Origin: a virus
Lineage: Duplodnaviria > Heunggongvirae > Uroviricota > Caudoviricetes
Length of the DNA stretch: 41,109 nt
Direction: 5' to 3' (one strand)
IMG/VR virus record: IMGVR_UViG_3300012933_000388
Location: 64,001-105,109 of that record
A program made the position numbers and the translations under genes. Below the pieces are notes generated by a model. That model did no database searches. It worked only from the letters and a program-made list of their open reading frames with translations, and was not told where the DNA came from. This document shows positions 35,610 to 41,109 of this stretch, piece by piece; position 1 is the first letter of the stretch; each line of letters opens with the position of its first letter.

Positions 35610-36194
35610 ATGAGTTTTTGTATAAAGGATGGGTACAACCATCGAACCCAAGAGCTGTATTTCGATGATACAGGTCTAAAGGATGAGTGGCAGAAAGAAG
35701 TGTATCAATACGCTCACGACGTTGCTGAACAAAATCAATATCAGACTATCATGGATTTTGGATGTGGGTCAGCATTCAAGCTGCTTGATAATTTCAAAGA
35801 TTACAACACCATCGGAATAGACTTGCCGCAGACTGTGGAGTATCTACAAAACACTTACCCAGAACGAACATGGTCGTCCGCGCTTGAGGTGCATCATAAT
35901 GTAGACATTCTTATAGCGTCAGATGTGATCGAGCATATGGTAGATCCAAATGTATTGATTGATTACATTAAAGCATGTTCTCCTAAAGAGATCATATTAT
36001 CGACGCCCGATAGAGACCTCGTTGTCGAATACCTTGGGGGTTCTGCTGATGGCCCTCCTCACAATGGGTGGCACGTACGAGAGTGGAATCGCCGTGAATT
36101 TATTAAATACATAGCCCAGCACTTCAATATTTTGAATCATATTATAACCAATAAGCAGCAAGCTACGCAGCTTATACATTGCAGGATGCGTTAA
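35610..36194 (+). CDS. Class I SAM-dependent methyltransferase
   Basis: IMDFGCGS, DILIASDVIEH, ILSTPDR and HVREW. Confidence 0.85.
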   Translation: MSFCIKDGYNHRTQELYFDDTGLKDEWQKEVYQYAHDVAEQNQYQTIMDFGCGSAFKLLDNFKDYNTIGIDLPQTVEYLQNTYPERTWSSALEVHHNVDILIASDVIEHMVDPNVLIDYIKACSPKEIILSTPDRDLVVEYLGGSADGPPHNGWHVREWNRREFIKYIAQHFNILNHIITNKQQATQLIHCRMR

Positions 36195-36195
36195 C

Positions 36196-36969
36196 ATGGA
36201 AGATAAAATTATATTAGTGACTGGTGGTTTTGATCCAATTCACTCAGGTCATATTGCATACATTAAAGCTGCCAGGGAACTTGGCCGCGTAATGGTGGGA
36301 GTAAACAGCGACGCATGGCTGCAACGCAAGAAGAGCTCAGCGTTCATGCCCTTTGAGGATCGCAAGGCGATTGTTCAGAACCTCAAAGACGTCATGGGCG
36401 TAATCGAATTCGATGATTCGGATAATACAGCAATCGATGCAATTAAGCAAGTCCGCAAAATGTTTCCAAACAACAGGATCGTGTTTGCAAATGGTGGTGA
36501 CCGCACATCAGCAAACATTCCGGAAATGGAAGCGTTCAAAGATGATCCATCTGTTGAATTTGTGTTTGGTGTTGGTGGTGATACCAAAATGAACTCGAGC
36601 TCTACTATCTTGGATAAATGGAAAAATGAGCAGGTAGACCGCGGTTGGGGATATTATCAGACGTTCTTTAAGAATGCAGATTCCACAGTAAAGCTGAAAA
36701 GATTGGTACTCAAACCAAAACACAAGATCAGTATGCAATTACATAATAGCCGATCCGAGCTGTGGTTTGTAGAGTCTGGAAACGGCAATCTAAACACTAT
36801 AGAGGACGGCAAACTCAAGGTAGTATCTACCCTGGGACCTTTGGAGTTGGTAAATGTGGAATCCAAGCAAATCCACCAATTGGAAAACACCAGCGATACA
36901 AAAGACTTGATCGTTGTGGAGATCCAATATGGCGATTATTGTGACGAAAGCGACATTATCCGCCTGTAG
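36196..36969 (+). CDS. Cytidylyltransferase-like nucleotidyltransferase (RfaE-II/TagD family) fused to a mannose-6-P-isomerase-type cupin
   Basis: TGGFDPIHSGH (HxGH), GVNSDAWL, FANGGDR and GGDTKMNSSS; C-terminal RGWGYY, SMQLHNSRSELWFV and VEIQYG. Confidence 0.9.
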   Translation: MEDKIILVTGGFDPIHSGHIAYIKAARELGRVMVGVNSDAWLQRKKSSAFMPFEDRKAIVQNLKDVMGVIEFDDSDNTAIDAIKQVRKMFPNNRIVFANGGDRTSANIPEMEAFKDDPSVEFVFGVGGDTKMNSSSTILDKWKNEQVDRGWGYYQTFFKNADSTVKLKRLVLKPKHKISMQLHNSRSELWFVESGNGNLNTIEDGKLKVVSTLGPLELVNVESKQIHQLENTSDTKDLIVVEIQYGDYCDESDIIRL

Positions 36970-36986
36970 TGTGGAAATCTGTTAGG

Positions 36987-36993
36987 ATAAATA
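36987..36993 (+). promoter_or_regulatory. T4-type late promoter (gATAAATA)
   Basis: Intergenic, about 33 nt before ATG 37027. Confidence 0.75.
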
Positions 36994-37026
36994 CTCCAGA
37001 ATAATAATTACAAACACTGGTGTACG

Positions 37027-39180
37027 ATGACCTCCAAAGCCTCACAATTATCCGCATTTATTGCTGTAGCTAATACTGTAGCGATGGCATCTTTGCCCGC
37101 CGGCGCAACGTTTGCGTCTTCGTCTGATATAACGTCAGCCGTCGATACTGCATATGCCAATGCGGTTTCTGGTGTGAGCGCTAATGCAGCAACTGCGTAT
37201 AGCAACGCTACCAGCTATGCGGATATGGTAGCTGCGACAGCATACTCGAATGCTGTATCTCATGCTGTTTCGAATACATACGTCAATTCTACGTTTGCGC
37301 CCACTATCAACCCAACGTTTACAGCGAATGCTACCGTATCTGGCGGATTGGTAGCAAACACAATTGCTGTATCTAACTATATCGATTTCGCAAACAACGC
37401 CACAGCTCCTACTCAAAAAGAAGGTCGTGTATTTTACGATCAGAGTTCGAAAACGCTAGCATACTATGTTGCTGAACCTGATGTAACCCTTAACATAGGT
37501 CAAGAGAGTTGGATTCGCGTATATAATGCTTCTGGAGCTGATGTCCCTAACGGCGCGCCTGTAAGGTTCGCAGGAGCATTGAATGGTGTGCCTACTATCC
37601 AATTAGCAAGTGCTTCCACGCTTGCGGGCGTTACGTGGATTGGTGGTGTGGCGACGCATTCCATAGAAAACAGCTCATATGGGTATGTTTCCAATTTTGG
37701 CCGAGTTAATGGTGTTGACCTTTCTGCGTTCGATGTTGGTGATCCGGTGTATGTTTCAACGACACCAGGAGGATTGACTAAAGTTGCACCAACTGCGCCC
37801 AACTATCCAGCACTTGTTGGTGGGGTCGTTGCTAATGGTACCAGCGGTACTATCCTTGTCAAGATCGAGCCATATGAATATGCAACGCTGCGTGTGACTG
37901 GCGATGCTAGATTCGATGGCACATTAACGGTTGCCGGTAACCTGAACATTCTTGGCAACACGACGTCAACGTCAGTATCAAGCATAGAAGTGTCCAACAC
38001 GATGATATACTTGAATGGCGGCAACCAAACATCAAACAATGCTTTTGTTGGGGCTGGACTGAATGATGCAACGCTCGCAGGCCACCTTCAATATAGCAAC
38101 ACAACCACATTCTATATAAAGATCGACAGCGTTGGTGCAACTGATACGTTTGCCTGGTCGACTGACGACTTTGCAACGACCCGAGCATCGAACGTCGCTA
38201 TTACCGGCAGTAGTCAGTGGGTTGGTGGTGGATTGTTGGTGGCGTTTGGCTCGACCACTGGGCACACACTGAATGATAAGTGGTCAGCGACTCTTGCCCC
38301 AGTAAACGTCGATGCTGGTGTTGTATCTAATTACCATACCGGTGAGAATGGCGTATACACTCATACGGGGTATTTCCGTGATGCGTCTGATGGCAGATTC
38401 AAGTTCTTCGCTGGATACACCCCAGAACCAAACACGAGTATCAACATTGCTCATGCATCGTTTGCTTTTGCTGACATACAAGCAAATGTGTTCTACGGCA
38501 CATTGAGTGGTAATGTAATCGGTAATGCAGATACTGCGACAGCTGCAAACAATGCATTATATCTTGGCGGCCAAGCCGCAAGCTACTACGCTAATGCCGC
38601 GGCTCCTGGGACAGCATATTCCAACGCAGTATCTACAGCTAGTACTGATGCATCTTCTAAAGCAGCAACTGCCTATTCGAACGCGGTTGCATACGCTGCG
38701 GCCAACACATACGTTAATACGCAGCTTGCCCTCAAAGCTAACTTAACAGGAGCAGCATTCACTGGCGCTGTATCTGGTATCACTACTCTTGCTGCTGGTA
38801 ATACTAGTATTACAGGTACTATCACGGCTACTGGCGACATCACGGCGTTCTACTCAGATGCAAGATTGAAAGACTTCAAGGGCACAATTCCGGACGCTCT
38901 TGCAAAAGTTCATGCGTTGAATGGATACTACTATGTTGGTAATGCAAAAGCTGGAGAGTTAGGATATGATACTACAATTATGCAAGTCGGTGTGTCTGCA
39001 CAGGAAGCTGAAGTTGTAATACCAGAGATTGTTGCTCCGGCTCCAATCAGTGCTGAGTATCTAACAGTCAAATATGAAAAGTTCGCTCCGCTGTTGATCG
39101 AAGCTATCAAAGAGGTTGATAATAAGTACCAACAGCAGATAACAGATCTCCGCGAAGAAATTGCAAGACTGAAGGGGTAA
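37027..39180 (+). CDS. Tail fibre (717 aa) with C-terminal intramolecular chaperone (peptidase S74)
   Basis: GDITAFYSDARLKD, GVSAQE, YEKFAPLLIEAIKE and terminal coiled coil; shares AYSNA and HTGYFRDASDG modules with the other fibres. Confidence 0.9.
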   Translation: MTSKASQLSAFIAVANTVAMASLPAGATFASSSDITSAVDTAYANAVSGVSANAATAYSNATSYADMVAATAYSNAVSHAVSNTYVNSTFAPTINPTFTANATVSGGLVANTIAVSNYIDFANNATAPTQKEGRVFYDQSSKTLAYYVAEPDVTLNIGQESWIRVYNASGADVPNGAPVRFAGALNGVPTIQLASASTLAGVTWIGGVATHSIENSSYGYVSNFGRVNGVDLSAFDVGDPVYVSTTPGGLTKVAPTAPNYPALVGGVVANGTSGTILVKIEPYEYATLRVTGDARFDGTLTVAGNLNILGNTTSTSVSSIEVSNTMIYLNGGNQTSNNAFVGAGLNDATLAGHLQYSNTTTFYIKIDSVGATDTFAWSTDDFATTRASNVAITGSSQWVGGGLLVAFGSTTGHTLNDKWSATLAPVNVDAGVVSNYHTGENGVYTHTGYFRDASDGRFKFFAGYTPEPNTSINIAHASFAFADIQANVFYGTLSGNVIGNADTATAANNALYLGGQAASYYANAAAPGTAYSNAVSTASTDASSKAATAYSNAVAYAAANTYVNTQLALKANLTGAAFTGAVSGITTLAAGNTSITGTITATGDITAFYSDARLKDFKGTIPDALAKVHALNGYYYVGNAKAGELGYDTTIMQVGVSAQEAEVVIPEIVAPAPISAEYLTVKYEKFAPLLIEAIKEVDNKYQQQITDLREEIARLKG

Positions 39181-39183
39181 TAT

Positions 39184-39726
39184 ATGGCATTACCATCTAG
39201 TGGCTCGCTTTCATTTTCACAGATCAACGTAGAACTTGGCCGATCGGCAACTGCTCAGCTGAGCATGAACGACTCTGGTGTGAGGGGGCTGTTTGGGGTT
39301 GCGTCCGGTCGGATTGGTATGAATGATGGGCGGGGTAAGTCGTCGGCCTTTGTTTTCAACCAGACTATTGCTACCAATACTGCCAATTATGACTTGCGCG
39401 CCGCTGCAGTATCGGCAGGGTGGAATCAGACGACACCACTTAATGCTACCGTGACGATCAACTCTGGCGTGTATGTATATTCTGGTAGCACGGGGTCGTA
39501 TGCATTCGTAACAGGCACTACGTTCCCAGCCGGCAGTGTTTTGTCGTTGATAAATAACGGCACAATCGTCGGCCGCGGTGGTGATGGTGGTACTGGTGGT
39601 AATGCATCTACAGGCTTTGGTGGCGGCGGCGGTGGCCCAGCGTTGTATGCTGGTTATGCACTCCGCGTAACAAACAACGGCCGAATCGCTGGTGGCGGTG
39701 GCGGCGGCGGTGGTGGTGGTAGCTAA
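39184..39726 (+). CDS. gp38-like fibre-tip adhesin, apparently C-terminally truncated (180 aa)
   Basis: MALPSSGSLSFSQINVELG N-terminus; NYDLRAAAVSAGW, LINNGTIVGRGGDGG and NNGRIAGGGGGGGGGS-stop; only about 3 Gly-rich motifs. Confidence 0.7.
   Translation: MALPSSGSLSFSQINVELGRSATAQLSMNDSGVRGLFGVASGRIGMNDGRGKSSAFVFNQTIATNTANYDLRAAAVSAGWNQTTPLNATVTINSGVYVYSGSTGSYAFVTGTTFPAGSVLSLINNGTIVGRGGDGGTGGNASTGFGGGGGGPALYAGYALRVTNNGRIAGGGGGGGGGGS
39550..39556 (+). promoter_or_regulatory. Possible internal late promoter (gATAAATA) for the desaturase and radical SAM genes
   Basis: About 190 nt upstream of ATG 39746, but it overlaps the conserved LINNG codons. Confidence 0.3.
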
Positions 39727-39745
39727 TCTTAACTTTGAGGCAGTG

Positions 39746-40603
39746 ATGTCATTTTTTCGTTATTCTAAACTCGATTCCCTTTTAGTATTATACGCCCTAG
39801 TAGCATGTATTGCTCCCTTTGCAGTAGCTAGTATCGACAGTTGGATGGTGTGGGTCTTGTTGGCCCCCCTCCAAGCGATCTTTAACGTCATCGTGATGAA
39901 TACATGCATGCACCATCACGTGCACACTCCCATCTTCAAAAACGATCGACTCAATCGCATGCATGAGTTGCTCACCACATTGGCTGTCGGAATACCATTC
40001 CAGTCGTGGAAGTGGTTTCACCTAACACACCACAAATATAACAACGATTTAAAGAAGAATGATGTAGTTCACGATCCAGTGTCATTCTATAGATTCAGCG
40101 AACCGGGCGTAAGAGAAAATGTATGGCTGTATTGTGTGTATGGCGTTTGGCGGGATCTCGTAGGAATCACGTCTACAGACCCATCATGTACTAACCAGGT
40201 GCGTATAAGCAACCCCGGTCGTCTACGGACAGAGATATGGTTATATGGTTTGTGGTTCCTAGCTCTGTTGACATATAATGTATGGTATGGTATATTCTAT
40301 GTGTTAGTGTATTTGATGAGTTTGGTACTTAACCAGGCGAACAGCTATGGTGAACATTATCTGGCCGTTGACCCTACAAACTTCAGGTCCGATTCAGTGG
40401 GGTGTTATGCCTGGTGGTTTAACTTTTTCTGTTTCAACTCAGGATACCACCAAGAACATCACATACGTCCAGGCGTACATTGGACCAAGTTACCAGAACT
40501 GACGTTTAGCTTGCCATCTAATAGGCACACTATTGCAGGAATGTATATGTTCAACATTCCGTGGGCCGCCGACCTTAAAGAATTGATATGGAGTAAGAAG
40601 TGA
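39746..40603 (+). CDS. Membrane fatty acid desaturase family protein
   Basis: ATG 39746 with gagg RBS (the GTG at 39692 is an artefact of Gly codons); His boxes MHHHVH, HLTHH and YHQEHH; TM segments. Confidence 0.88.
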   Translation: MSFFRYSKLDSLLVLYALVACIAPFAVASIDSWMVWVLLAPLQAIFNVIVMNTCMHHHVHTPIFKNDRLNRMHELLTTLAVGIPFQSWKWFHLTHHKYNNDLKKNDVVHDPVSFYRFSEPGVRENVWLYCVYGVWRDLVGITSTDPSCTNQVRISNPGRLRTEIWLYGLWFLALLTYNVWYGIFYVLVYLMSLVLNQANSYGEHYLAVDPTNFRSDSVGCYAWWFNFFCFNSGYHQEHHIRPGVHWTKLPELTFSLPSNRHTIAGMYMFNIPWAADLKELIWSKK

Positions 40604-41109
40604 GATATAGCAAGTTTGAGACGGATGGTGGTATTGTATTTTACTATGACAACATTACCAATAACATTCTAGAGCAGGACGGAACGCCCATATTTGAGAT
40701 GTTAGCTGATCCGACGTATGAGTCATTTGCGAAGCAAACATACTCATCTAGATCAAAGTCCCGTGCACCGACAGCTATCAGGTTGTTGATGGGACATGCT
40801 TGTAACTTCTCTTGCGCATATTGCATGCAGAAGGATATTGGCAACCCAGATGAACTACCAAAGAACAAAGGACTGCAATTGTTGTTCGAATCGGTCCGCG
40901 ACAATCTTGATACATCTAACTTGCAGCGAGTTGAATTGTGGGGAGGTGAGCCGTTTCTATACTGGAACGATATGGTAGAAATAATGACATTCTTCGATTC
41001 GCCAGCCATGACGTTCGGAATTACTACCAACGGATCTGCCCTTTCTGCAAAGCATGCCCAGTTCTTTGGTCAGCTACAGGGCCATGTAATTGTAACAATA
41101 TCACATGAT
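40600..41109 (+). CDS. Radical SAM protein (anSME/SPASM-maturase-like), 3'-truncated; absent from the ORF track
   Basis: GTG 40600 overlapping TGA; my translation MRYSKFETDGG...GHACNFSCAYCMQ...ELWGGEPFL...ITTNGS...TISHD is open to the window end. Confidence 0.9.
   Translation, partial: MRYSKFETDGGIVFYYDNITNNILEQDGTPIFEMLADPTYESFAKQTYSSRSKSRAPTAIRLLMGHACNFSCAYCMQKDIGNPDELPKNKGLQLLFESVRDNLDTSNLQRVELWGGEPFLYWNDMVEIMTFFDSPAMTFGITTNGSALSAKHAQFFGQLQGHVIVTISHD

Noticed and set aside
8771-36194. GTs and methyltransferases as DNA hypermodification enzymes
   Set aside because: No T4 alpha/beta-glucosyltransferase or DNA MTase (DPPY/NPPY, PCQ) motifs, and no nucleotide-modification genes nearby; context is virion genes. 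Not fully excluded for the GT4.
39692-39745. Upstream GTG start of the desaturase, or a programmed frameshift fusing the adhesin to the desaturase
   Set aside because: The extension is just poly-Gly codons read out of frame; there is a good gagg-ATG at 39746, no slippery heptamer, and an adhesin-membrane enzyme fusion is implausible.
40644-41030. 128-aa minus-strand ORF at the 3' end
   Set aside because: It is the antisense of the clear plus-strand radical SAM gene starting at 40600.
1-41109. tRNA, CRISPR array, intron/intein, alternative genetic code
   Set aside because: No cloverleaf, spaced direct repeats, or homing endonuclease/intein motifs were seen; genes are intact and tightly packed under the standard code with TAA, TGA and TAG all used as stops.

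Overview
Virion-structure region of a large T4-like myophage. It contains a VrlC/DUF4815-type baseplate gene truncated at the 5' edge, several giant Asn/Thr-rich fibre genes, an S74-chaperoned fibre and a short gp38-like adhesin. T4-type late promoter boxes ((T)ATAAATA) precede the structural operons. About 20 tailoring-enzyme genes are interleaved with the structural genes, and most sit downstream of these late boxes. They include 8 glycosyltransferase-type domains, 4 SAM-methyltransferase domains, a cytidylyltransferase-cupin, 2 radical SAM enzymes (one missed by the ORF track at the 3' edge), 2 membrane desaturases, a FabF-type ketosynthase, 2 DSBH/2OG-type oxygenases and a GNAT-like protein. 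Best hypothesis (inference): a phage-encoded system that glycosylates, methylates and possibly acylates its own fibres. Candidate acceptors are N-x-S/T-dense fibre repeats and a Tyr-Thr-Gly repeat protein. Remodelling of the host envelope is the main alternative. I saw no tRNA, rRNA, CRISPR, integrase or transposase. All family assignments come from motifs read by eye; no database searches were run.
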